This document shows, one piece after another, positions 9,389 through 17,354 of a stretch of 64,000 nt of DNA. Where the stretch lies: the IMG/VR virus record IMGVR_UViG_3300025018_000115, positions 33,363 to 97,362 of that record. One strand, given 5' to 3'. Origin of the DNA: a virus. Taxonomy: Duplodnaviria > Heunggongvirae > Uroviricota > Caudoviricetes. How positions within the stretch are numbered: position 1 is the first letter of the stretch; each line of letters starts with the position of its first letter. The position numbers and the translations under genes were made by a program. A model generated the notes under the pieces. It did no database searches and was not told the DNA's origin. It saw nothing but the letters and a program-made list of their open reading frames with translations.

Positions 9389-11269
9389 ATGAACTGGACT
9401 GGAAATTATGCAGAAGCAAATATAGCAGGTACAGCAACGAGCGGGACAACTACCTCGTTGACTTTTAGTGCCGCAAGTTGGACAACTAATGCCTTTGCTA
9501 ATTTCACTCTAGCAATTACGTCAGGTACTGGTTCAGGACAAGAGGCTGTAATCACTTCAAACACAGCAACTGTTCTAACATTTCCAACATTATCAACTGC
9601 CCCAGACGCCACATCAGTGTTTGAAATAATAATGGCAATAAATGACGGCGACCACTTTACAGGCAATACAACTATAACAAACCAAATTTGGAGAATGGAG
9701 CCATCATCAATTGCGTATGTAGATGGAAACTACACGATTACACCAAACGGAACTACTGCAATTAGATTTCTAAACACAGAAAGTACAGTATCAGGAATAG
9801 AAACAAACAGTTATCTAACTAGCTCAAAGGCGGCGTGGGGTTATGTTCATATCGCAGTAAACGATTCAGCTCCAGCAATAGAATGGGGATTTATGGAAAT
9901 AAAAGGGGCTAATTATGTAATGTATATTGACCCATCTAATGCAGTTGGTGATGGTTCAGGTATGGTGAACTTTTATGCTGAAAATGGTAATAATAGTTTT
10001 CTTCTAGGTTCAAGTTGGAAAGGTGATACAGTTTTTTCTAACATTTTACTAAAAGATTGCGGTGGTAACGTAACATTATCTTTTCCATCATCAGAAGCAT
10101 CAACATCATCAGTTACTTTTAAAAACTGTTGGGTGGAAAACGTATCAGGTGTACATCTTTTTGCTGCTAACGGCTCAACGACACAAGTATTAGATTCTTG
10201 TGTTCATATAGATTATAATAATAACCAGTTTATATATGCAGTTAGTGGAAAAACTCAGGAGATTAGAGATTCGTATTTTACGTCAGCTCCTGGGGCAAGC
10301 GGAATTATAATAGGTCAAGCAAGTGCATCAAATGCAGGAATACAAAAATTAACAAGAAATTATATAAAAGGTTGCAATAGACCTGGTCTTTTCGCCTCAG
10401 ACAGCACAGGAACATTCACGTCATCATTCAACTCATACATTGCATCTATATCTGGAACATATCAGGTATGGAACATAGGAGGAGCAGGCTATGAAGATGT
10501 TATGACATCAGACTATGATTACATTGTCGGATTTGCTGGTGCTGTTATAGGTAACGTAGACACATCAAATGCAACAACATCTACTGAAACGCCTGCACAG
10601 TATTCTGAACTAACAAGTGCAAGAACAAATGCACAATCAAGTCAAGTTAAACCACTTACAACCGATAACATAGTTGAGGGAACACCAACATCATCACAAA
10701 TTACTATTACTTTTGACAGCACAAACGCAGGAATATATTCAACAACAGTAGACGCAGATTCAGCATCAGGAGGTACTACTCTAAACGTAACAGCAACAAC
10801 AGGCTTTGAGGTAGGAGAAACTATTGAAATAGGTTATGGAACAGCACGAGAAGAAACAGGCGTAATTGCTTCAATCTCAGCAGGTGTATCATTAACACTT
10901 ACAGCTAACCTAACTTACACTCACACATCTGCTCAAGGTGATGCGGTTGCAAAATGTTTGAGAAATAAAATAATACCTTTCATTGCTTACGGAGTAACAA
11001 CAGGTGTATATGATATGCAATCAACAGTTCCACCAAGAGAACAATTTGGTAAAATTTGGACATCGCAAATTACAGAATACAATGGTAACGCTGTATCGTT
11101 TGATGTAACAGGACACTCGGTAACGCTAGACAACCTAGAGGGCGGTACAACGTATTATTATAAGTGTTGTGGATATCTGCCAGACGGTACTTTGATCGAG
11201 GGTACGGAGGGAGATTTTACAACGTCAGCAGTTTCGGGTGGCGGAGGTGCTAATGCTTTTGTTTACTAA
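9389..11269 (+). CDS. tail spike/fibre protein with putative beta-helix
   Basis: 626 aa with a Thr/Ser/Asn-rich repetitive beta pattern (NCWVENVSGVHLF, SCVHIDYNNNQF) typical of parallel beta-helix spikes. Confidence 0.5.
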   Translation: MNWTGNYAEANIAGTATSGTTTSLTFSAASWTTNAFANFTLAITSGTGSGQEAVITSNTATVLTFPTLSTAPDATSVFEIIMAINDGDHFTGNTTITNQIWRMEPSSIAYVDGNYTITPNGTTAIRFLNTESTVSGIETNSYLTSSKAAWGYVHIAVNDSAPAIEWGFMEIKGANYVMYIDPSNAVGDGSGMVNFYAENGNNSFLLGSSWKGDTVFSNILLKDCGGNVTLSFPSSEASTSSVTFKNCWVENVSGVHLFAANGSTTQVLDSCVHIDYNNNQFIYAVSGKTQEIRDSYFTSAPGASGIIIGQASASNAGIQKLTRNYIKGCNRPGLFASDSTGTFTSSFNSYIASISGTYQVWNIGGAGYEDVMTSDYDYIVGFAGAVIGNVDTSNATTSTETPAQYSELTSARTNAQSSQVKPLTTDNIVEGTPTSSQITITFDSTNAGIYSTTVDADSASGGTTLNVTATTGFEVGETIEIGYGTAREETGVIASISAGVSLTLTANLTYTHTSAQGDAVAKCLRNKIIPFIAYGVTTGVYDMQSTVPPREQFGKIWTSQITEYNGNAVSFDVTGHSVTLDNLEGGTTYYYKCCGYLPDGTLIEGTEGDFTTSAVSGGGGANAFVY

Positions 11270-11270
11270 T

Positions 11271-11600
11271 ATGAAAGAGATAGAACAAAAAGTAATAGCC
11301 AACGAAGCCAACATCGCCAATCTCCAAAGAGAGATTAGTGATATTCCTAATCATATAGACGCGGCAGTGGATACTGCAATCAATAAATACGTCAATGGAA
11401 AAATAAACCGATTACATCAAGAGGTTATAGACAAGAATAAAGAACAAGATGAAAAGCTAGATAAAATTTATGGAGCAATAAAGTGGCTAGATACGCTTGG
11501 AAACATCGTAACAAAAACAGGTAAGATTACAGTCTCTCTCGTAGCAATAGCGGCAGGGTTCTGGGCGCTTTTAAAATTTTTAGCATTTAATATAAAATAA
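11271..11600 (+). CDS. small protein with N-terminal coiled coil and C-terminal transmembrane helix
   Basis: The track start at 11238 overlaps the upstream gene. The ATG at 11271 follows the upstream stop. The C-terminus VSLVAIAAGFWALLKFLAF is hydrophobic. Confidence 0.4.
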   Translation: MKEIEQKVIANEANIANLQREISDIPNHIDAAVDTAINKYVNGKINRLHQEVIDKNKEQDEKLDKIYGAIKWLDTLGNIVTKTGKITVSLVAIAAGFWALLKFLAFNIK

Positions 11601-11601
11601 T

Positions 11602-12696
11602 ATGGATTTTCGAATACTAGTTATAAAAAATAGATTAAAAATAGATATTTTAGATGATCTAGAATTATTTCGTAAGTATGAAGAATCTCATACTCCATTT
11701 AAGCTTGATTTTAATATTATTGAAATGGATATTGATGTAACTCACAAAAAGTTTCTTGACATGACCAGGCAGGATGGAAGTGTTGTCGAAGCATTTGGAA
11801 CAGATAATGTTAAACAGATAATAAGAGACAGCAAGGTTGTACCAGAATATGTATATCACGCAGTTGTATTTTTGTATGATCTAGAAGAAACAAAAGCAGC
11901 CAAAGAAGGAAGATATGTTGCTCATTGGTGTACGTTCAATGGTGTATATCCTGGAACTGAATTTATCGAAGTAGCAACAACAAAAGAATGGGATAAACAA
12001 AATGACGTATATAGAACTCTTACTCATGAAATACGTCACGCGTATACAAATAGAGCAAAGAGAATTGGTAAGCCAGTAGTTGATTACATGGACAAGACGC
12101 CCATTATGGAAGATGGTCAGCTTGTTTACAAACCATACTACAAGGAGTTCGAGATAAACGCTGTCGACGGAAACAGAGCTTTTATGAATGCCTCTTTGGC
12201 GCCATATTGGAAAGATATCCAGAAGTCTCCAGAATTCATGACATTCTTAATATCACTACTAAAAAAACAGGTGTCTTTGCTATCTCAAATTCTTTCTCTG
12301 TCTCTTAAAAAAACTCCAGTGGTAGATAGTGATAAAAAAACACTAGAAGAATGGGCAGAAGCCATCAAAATACATGAGGGCTGGTATCCAGGATCACGTT
12401 CATACAGACAGAATAATCCCGGTAATTTACGATACAGTAAATTTCAAACAGGAACAGATGGGGGATTCTCTGTTTTTGCAACTTATGACGATGGGTTTAA
12501 AGCACTCGTATATCAGCTAAAACTGGCCGTCACAGGTAGTTCGGCTGTATATAAGCCAACGATGACCCTACTTGAATTTTTCCAAACATATGCACCTTCT
12601 TCAGATAATAATTATCCAGAAACATATGCTGCCGCGGTTGCTAAAAAACTTGGAATTAAAACTTCTGATATCATATCTGATGTATTTTCTTTTTAG
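11602..12696 (+). CDS. zinc-metallopeptidase-like protein (HExxH) with C-terminal NNPGNLR-motif domain
   Basis: THEIRHAYTN fits HExxH. The C-terminal IHEGWYPGSRSYRQNNPGNLRYSKF resembles motifs seen in cell-wall-acting phage proteins. Confidence 0.45.
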   Translation: MDFRILVIKNRLKIDILDDLELFRKYEESHTPFKLDFNIIEMDIDVTHKKFLDMTRQDGSVVEAFGTDNVKQIIRDSKVVPEYVYHAVVFLYDLEETKAAKEGRYVAHWCTFNGVYPGTEFIEVATTKEWDKQNDVYRTLTHEIRHAYTNRAKRIGKPVVDYMDKTPIMEDGQLVYKPYYKEFEINAVDGNRAFMNASLAPYWKDIQKSPEFMTFLISLLKKQVSLLSQILSLSLKKTPVVDSDKKTLEEWAEAIKIHEGWYPGSRSYRQNNPGNLRYSKFQTGTDGGFSVFATYDDGFKALVYQLKLAVTGSSAVYKPTMTLLEFFQTYAPSSDNNYPETYAAAVAKKLGIKTSDIISDVFSF

Positions 12697-12704
12697 TTAT
12701 CCAC
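12696..12704 (+). promoter_or_regulatory. TTATCCACA (DnaA-box-like 9-mer within AGTTATCCACAGG)
   Basis: Exact 9-mer, 40 nt upstream of a TGTGATATACT -10-like element. Confidence 0.4.
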
Positions 12705-12802
12705 AGGCTTTTTTTGAGATGTGATATACTTAAGAAAGAAAAGTTTTTTATATCGGTCGAAACTGTGTGTGGGGAAACAAACCGCAAACATAGAGGTGTG
12801 TC

Positions 12803-13027
12803 ATGAATGATGCAAAACTTCTTTTTGAGGCAGCGAAGATTTGCGATTGCCCGATGTACGATGTTGTTCTAAACGCCATCAGGGCATTGGACAAGGATCT
12901 GAGAGATGCTGTGAACGCGTACGGCGTCTACCAGCTGATAGAGAAAACAGGAGTCTTGCCGAGATACATTCGTCACTTTTGTGTTGACATCGTGTGCGAG
13001 GCAAATAATCTTGTTCCAGAATCATGA
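12803..13027 (+). CDS. small hypothetical protein (moron candidate)
   Basis: The 74-aa ORF is in locally elevated GC, about 48% against about 38%. It is flanked by its own promoter-like element and a terminator. Confidence 0.4.
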   Translation: MNDAKLLFEAAKICDCPMYDVVLNAIRALDKDLRDAVNAYGVYQLIEKTGVLPRYIRHFCVDIVCEANNLVPES

Positions 13028-13042
13028 TTTTGCAACCCTCAA

Positions 13043-13079
13043 AAAAAGGGCGAGGAGCCTAATAAGCTCCTCTTTTTGT
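13043..13079 (+). terminator. rho-independent terminator
   Basis: GAGGAGC-CTAATAA-GCTCCTC followed by TTTTTG. Confidence 0.6.
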
Positions 13080-13101
13080 CACAAAATTAAAAAAATAACA
13101 T

Positions 13102-13404
13102 ATGAAGAAAAATTTTATTAACGAAAAGCAGAGAAAGGAAATCGTTGAGAGGCGAAAAAAAGGAGAGAAGATAAGCGATCTTGCAAAAAGCTATGGGTGT
13201 ACTACATCAACAATAATATACCATTGGCAAAGAAGTGGTAATTCAAGTGGGGCGTACACAAAGGAGTATAGGAATAATGAGAGAAGATCCTATGCTGCTG
13301 GTATTTTTAAAAGAAAAAAGGAAGATAAAAAAAGATGTGGCGTATGTGGAATTCTATCAAAGATTCCAACGTGCGATTATTGTAATAATAGGTCAAAAAA
13401 ATAA
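13102..13404 (+). CDS. HTH plus zinc-ribbon protein (putative transcription regulator)
   Basis: The HTH-like segment is ISDLAKSYGCTTSTIIYHWQ. The C-terminal cysteines are CGVCG...CDYC. Confidence 0.5.
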   Translation: MKKNFINEKQRKEIVERRKKGEKISDLAKSYGCTTSTIIYHWQRSGNSSGAYTKEYRNNERRSYAAGIFKRKKEDKKRCGVCGILSKIPTCDYCNNRSKK

Positions 13405-13407
13405 CAT

Positions 13408-13944
13408 ATGAGATATTGTAAATGTGGAGCAGAGTTGTCTAAAAATAAATGGAAGTGGTGTAAGGATTCATGTCCCGAATATAAAAAGGAATTGAAGCAT
13501 AGGCAAAAAAACCTATGGAGAGGCAAGACACGTAATAACAAAAAAGTGGGAGGGTATGATATCAGAAGCCTTAATGAGGAACAGAAAAAGAAACTAAAAA
13601 ATGGTGAGCCACTGACCCTTGTTGGGGGCGTTAAGTATCATAGATACGAAAATGGATTATATCCAGATTTCTGTCTTAACTGTGGCGCCAAGATTAAAAA
13701 AAATATATGCAGGTATTGTCCACCAGATAAAAATTCAATAGGAAGAGCTGTTTTGAGGGATAAAAAAGTTAGTGTTAGAGAAAAACATTTGGCTGGTGAA
13801 ATGGCGGTAATGAGAGCAAGGGGATTATCTTATAACAGAATAGGAAAACTATTAAATAAGGATCACACGACTGTTATTTACCATATTCAAAAACTTGTCA
13901 AAGAAGAAACACCTGTTATAATTAAGAAATGGATCAAACAATAA
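13408..13944 (+). CDS. zinc-ribbon plus C-terminal HTH (sigma region-4-like) protein
   Basis: CKCGAE...CKDSC and CLNCGAK...CRYC motifs. The C-terminal HTH is RARGLSYNRIGKLLNKDHTTVIYHIQKL. Confidence 0.5.
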   Translation: MRYCKCGAELSKNKWKWCKDSCPEYKKELKHRQKNLWRGKTRNNKKVGGYDIRSLNEEQKKKLKNGEPLTLVGGVKYHRYENGLYPDFCLNCGAKIKKNICRYCPPDKNSIGRAVLRDKKVSVREKHLAGEMAVMRARGLSYNRIGKLLNKDHTTVIYHIQKLVKEETPVIIKKWIKQ

Positions 13945-14150
13945 TCATTCCTATCGTATTAGCCTTAACAGAAATCACCAAGCAATTTGGTGTAACTGGT
14001 AAGTATGCTGTCCTTGTCTCAATTGGATTTGGAGTAGCCTTTGGTTTGCTCGTTAATCTTTCAATTGAGGGTGGGGTAACAGGACTTATCTTAGGACTTT
14101 CTGCTGCTGGGGTATATGATGTCGGGAAAAAAGTAATTTTAGGTAAATGA
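13929..14150 (+). CDS. holin-like small membrane protein
   Basis: 73 aa with two predicted TM helices (IIIPIVLALTEI, VLVSIGFGVAFGLLV, GLILGLSAAGVY) and a charged C-terminus. It lies just upstream of the lysin. Confidence 0.55.
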   Translation: MDQTIIIPIVLALTEITKQFGVTGKYAVLVSIGFGVAFGLLVNLSIEGGVTGLILGLSAAGVYDVGKKVILGK

Positions 14151-14770
14151 TAAAACAGTGTCCAAACTGCAAAAAAGATTTTCTTTTAAAAAAAAGGATA
14201 CAGAAATTTTGTAGTAAGACATGTTCTGGTAAATTTACATCAAAAACTAGAGCAAAACCAGTTTTCAACGCAGGTATGTTTAAACGTGGTTCTTTACCAT
14301 GGAATAAGGGGTTAAAAGGTTTCGGAAAAGAATTTGGATTTAAAAAAGGTCACGGTTTCATAGGAGGAGGATCCCCAAAAGGTGTAAGGGTGTCAAAAAT
14401 GACTGAATTTAAGAAAGGGGATATTCCTTGGAATAAGGACAAAAGAGGTGTTATGAAGACCCCATGGAATAAAGGATTGGGACACAGCACCAGATCAGAA
14501 AGACAAAAAGAGATATCATCTGCAGATTATAAAAAATGGAGGAGAGATATTTTCAGTAGAGATAAATATTCATGTGTTAAATGTGGCAAATCTAAATGCA
14601 GGATAGAAGCAGATCATATAAAGATGTGGACTCTTTATCCGGAATTAAGGTATGACATAAATAACGGACAAACTCTTTGTAGAGATTGTCACAAAGAAAA
14701 AACCAGAGTGGAACTGAGCATATATTGGAAAAATCAATATTCTGGAGGTAAGGCTATTTTAACTCAGTAA
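14147..14770 (+). CDS. HNH homing endonuclease with repeated PWNKG motifs
   Basis: The C-terminal motif is CRIEADHIKMWTLYPELRYDINNGQTLCRDCHKEKT. It is inserted between the holin and the lysin. Confidence 0.7.
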   Translation: MIKQCPNCKKDFLLKKRIQKFCSKTCSGKFTSKTRAKPVFNAGMFKRGSLPWNKGLKGFGKEFGFKKGHGFIGGGSPKGVRVSKMTEFKKGDIPWNKDKRGVMKTPWNKGLGHSTRSERQKEISSADYKKWRRDIFSRDKYSCVKCGKSKCRIEADHIKMWTLYPELRYDINNGQTLCRDCHKEKTRVELSIYWKNQYSGGKAILTQ

Positions 14771-14837
14771 AAAATAAAAATAAAAATTAAGGATTTTGCA
14801 TATCTAAAATATGCTTATTCTTTGTTACTTTTTTGAG

Positions 14838-14846
14838 TTATCCACA
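14838..14846 (+). promoter_or_regulatory. TTATCCACA 9-mer (GAGTTATCCACAGTT)
   Basis: An exact copy lies inside the 247-bp non-coding region. Confidence 0.4.
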
Positions 14847-15017
14847 GTTTTTAGTGCAAAAATATGTATTCTATGATATATTATTATGGTAATGAATCGC
14901 ATTACAGTGGTGATTTAACATGGCATCACCGAATCACTACATTCTGAATTAAAATCTAAAAAACAAAATATTTTATTTTCTTTATGGATTAGTTTTGTTA
15001 CAAACAATTTTAACTAT

Positions 15018-15419
15018 GTGCTTCAAGGGAAGCCTCCAGTAGAACAAAATATTGTAGTTGAAGTAAGTGAAGAAAAAGAGAATATCACTCAGCCTGAGCC
15101 AGTTTTAGGCTCCACAGAGTATATTGAAGCCACCATAAGAGACACATTCCCAGAGGAACCTGTAATAATGGTTTCTATCTCAAAATGTGAGAGTGGTTTG
15201 ATGCAGTTTAGAAAAGACGGAGTGGTAGTAAAGTCTCCAACCGATGATTATGGAGTAATGCAAATTCATAAGCCTATATGGGAAAAAAAATCCCGAGAAC
15301 TGGGGCTGGATATAATGACAATTGATGGTAATATAAAAATGGCACGCCATATATATGAAGTTCAAGGATTAACTGCATGGACAACATATAAGAATGGATG
15401 CTACAAGCAATTCATATAG
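15018..15419 (+). CDS. lysozyme-like / lytic transglycosylase (SLT domain) endolysin
   Basis: ISKCESGLMQF...YGVMQIH matches the SLT catalytic Glu context. The track start is a GTG at 15018, and the true start is uncertain. Confidence 0.65.
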   Translation: MLQGKPPVEQNIVVEVSEEKENITQPEPVLGSTEYIEATIRDTFPEEPVIMVSISKCESGLMQFRKDGVVVKSPTDDYGVMQIHKPIWEKKSRELGLDIMTIDGNIKMARHIYEVQGLTAWTTYKNGCYKQFI

Positions 15420-15430
15420 TTGGACAAATT

Positions 15431-15458
15431 AGACTCTTCGGAGTCTTTTTTGTTTTAA
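15431..15458 (+). terminator. rho-independent terminator
   Basis: AGACTC-TTCG-GAGTCT followed by TTTTTTG. Confidence 0.7.
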
Positions 15459-15475
15459 ATTATATATTCTAAAAC

Positions 15476-15484
15476 TGTGGATAA
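15476..15484 (-). promoter_or_regulatory. TTATCCACA 9-mer in reverse orientation (AACTGTGGATAACTT)
   Basis: Lies 16 nt upstream of the TGGTATAAT extended -10 at 15500-15508. Confidence 0.4.
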
Positions 15485-15499
15485 CTTTTTTAAAACTGG

Positions 15500-15508
15500 T
15501 GGTATAAT
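15500..15508 (+). promoter_or_regulatory. extended -10 TGGTATAAT
   Basis: Follows the terminator and the 9-mer. It would drive transcription into the higher-GC island. Confidence 0.45.
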
Positions 15509-15514
15509 AGGTAA

Positions 15515-15785
15515 TGGAAGTGGTGAACTGTCGGGGGGAGTGGAGAAGCCACCCTCATATCGGTATGTAGAGAGCGGTCTCCTATCCTGGAGAATAATGC
15601 AGAAATTGCAAAATCGGTATGACCTCTTAAATGGGAGCGATACATACGCCAAATCCCCCGAAAGTTCATCACAGTTTGATAGTCGCATAGAGGGGTGTCG
15701 GAATAGGTAGACGATAATTTCAAGAAACAGAAGGAGCCGACCAAGTTGGTAAAAACCAACAGTTAGAGATAGGGCTCTGTCTCAT
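15515..15785 (+). ncRNA. candidate structured RNA or 5-prime leader (uncertain)
   Basis: About 270 nt at roughly 50% GC with many short complementary segments. The overlapping ORFs on three frames look non-protein-like. No known RNA family was recognised. Confidence 0.15.
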
Positions 15786-15790
15786 GCAAG

Positions 15791-16117
15791 GTGACTATAC
15801 GAGTTATGAGTGGCGATAAAAAGCCAGGCACCTCGTCAAATCCTTGCCCTCTCTATAGGGCTATCAAACAAAGGAGGTTCATTATGTACGCAGGAACATT
15901 AGTGGAGGATACAGCGGATGTAGCAGGGATAAAGGATGAGAACCTTTTCACCTACTATGTGCTTCACAGTCGTGGCAACGGCAAATTAACCAATGTCACA
16001 ATTCATGAGTTAGTTGTGCGATGGAAGTCAGAAGATGAAATCACAGATGAGATGTGCGATTATCTTCTAGATCTTTACATGTACTTTACGCATAGGAGGA
16101 TAACTGATGGCGAGTAA
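15791..16117 (+). CDS. hypothetical protein in higher-GC island
   Basis: A 108-aa ORF with elevated GC. Confidence 0.3.
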   Translation: MTIRVMSGDKKPGTSSNPCPLYRAIKQRRFIMYAGTLVEDTADVAGIKDENLFTYYVLHSRGNGKLTNVTIHELVVRWKSEDEITDEMCDYLLDLYMYFTHRRITDGE

Positions 16118-16161
16118 TCGACATCACAGAAAATGAAGATCAAACGGCGGGAAAAAGGTTT

Positions 16162-16554
16162 ATGTCAATGGAGTTAGGAATGTCGTCGTGGTTGACGAAC
16201 ACCAACATTACTCTTGGCACGTACTTTTTTCCAACCTTAAACCCCAGGCTATTTGCGACCTCATCAATAAGGTGTGGTTGGATCCAGACTGGAAATTCGT
16301 TTGTGTCAGAAGACAACGTAAGAGGAATCGAAATGCAAAATGATGATCTCATTTCTCGTTGTGCCACGATGATTGGGGGGACTCGTTTGGAAGTTGTGCG
16401 TCAAGCTCTTCGTAAGGAGTACGGAGAAGAACTCGGAACTTCTGTCGATCCTCAATGTTTCCTTGACAGAGCGAACAAGGGCGACATGCCTGGATTTGTC
16501 AGTGACTACTGCAACGAATTCATTGGCGAGTCAAAACACCCGAGTTTGTTCTAA
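16162..16554 (+). CDS. hypothetical protein in higher-GC island
   Basis: A 130-aa ORF. The overlapping alternative-frame ORFs make the frame choice uncertain. Confidence 0.3.
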   Translation: MSMELGMSSWLTNTNITLGTYFFPTLNPRLFATSSIRCGWIQTGNSFVSEDNVRGIEMQNDDLISRCATMIGGTRLEVVRQALRKEYGEELGTSVDPQCFLDRANKGDMPGFVSDYCNEFIGESKHPSLF

Positions 16555-16559
16555 CCTTT

Positions 16560-16590
16560 GGGGGGAGAAATCCCCCCATTGATTTATTCA
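16560..16590 (+). terminator. GC hairpin GGGGGGAGAAATCCCCCC
   Basis: A perfect 6-bp G/C stem closes the higher-GC island. The T-rich tract after it is weak. Confidence 0.45.
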
Positions 16591-16591
16591 G

Positions 16592-17035
16592 GTGGGGAGG
16601 TTTGGTAATCTTGGAAGCCTCATAAGCTTCAAAACATTGTTCGATTCAATGCTCCTGAACATTATTAATAACAAAATAGATATGATAAACGGTAAAATAG
16701 TAACAGCATGGGATGTTGACGATACTCTCATCATACCTGGAACAGTTACAGGAAATGACGTAGATACCCCAAACTATGACACAATTGCTCTATACAGATG
16801 GTTTCAGGCACAAGGAAACTACATGATTATATGGAGTGGAAGCGGAGTAGATTGGGCGAGAATGTGGGCTGGGAAACTGGGGCTGGAGCCTCATGAAGTA
16901 AGAATGAAACAAAAATCAGATGATATAGACATAGCGTTTGATGATTGTGAGGTTGACCTGGCCAAGGTTAATATAAGAGTTAAGAGAATAAAAAATTCCA
17001 TAAGCAGGGAAGAATGGAACAAAAAAGACCGTTAA
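16592..17035 (+). CDS. HAD-family phosphatase-like protein
   Basis: AWDVDDTL matches the DxDxT motif I of HAD hydrolases, and IIWSGSG matches motif II. The track start is a GTG. An internal ATG at 16649 or 16682 may be the true start. Confidence 0.45.
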   Translation: MGRFGNLGSLISFKTLFDSMLLNIINNKIDMINGKIVTAWDVDDTLIIPGTVTGNDVDTPNYDTIALYRWFQAQGNYMIIWSGSGVDWARMWAGKLGLEPHEVRMKQKSDDIDIAFDDCEVDLAKVNIRVKRIKNSISREEWNKKDR

Positions 17036-17106
17036 TAGCGGTTTTTTTGTTTTTTTTAGAATATCTAAGGAAAAAGAAGGACAGGACTGTGATAAAATAA
17101 GCATAT

Positions 17107-17325
17107 ATGAAAATAGATAACGGCACACATAGAATCCTCTTTAGTAACGGAAAATTATACTTAGACGGAGTACAAATAGCTGGAGATGGGATAGCTCCAC
17201 AAAAAGATGTTGTTTTCGAATTTGAGATTAAAAGACCGTTAGAAGAACCCAGAAATGAGGAATTTCTAAACGTTAATGTGAGCGATAAGATCTCAAGTAA
17301 AGACATCGGACCTGGGCAGGGGTAA
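17107..17325 (+). CDS. hypothetical small protein
   Basis: A 72-aa ORF. Confidence 0.3.
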   Translation: MKIDNGTHRILFSNGKLYLDGVQIAGDGIAPQKDVVFEFEIKRPLEEPRNEEFLNVNVSDKISSKDIGPGQG

Positions 17326-17354
17326 CCCATGTTCTGTGGAAAACAAAATAAAAC

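Noticed and set aside
12696-12704. TTATCCACA boxes as a chromosomal oriC-type origin
   Set aside because: The copies are dispersed over 40 kb, each beside a promoter, rather than clustered with an AT-rich DNA-unwinding element. The iteron cluster at 52625-52730 is the better origin candidate.
15455-15759. Three mutually overlapping ORFs of 77-89 aa in the GC-rich stretch
   Set aside because: They overlap on both strands and have no RBS context or protein-like composition. The region is more likely RNA or a leader. The frames are left unassigned.
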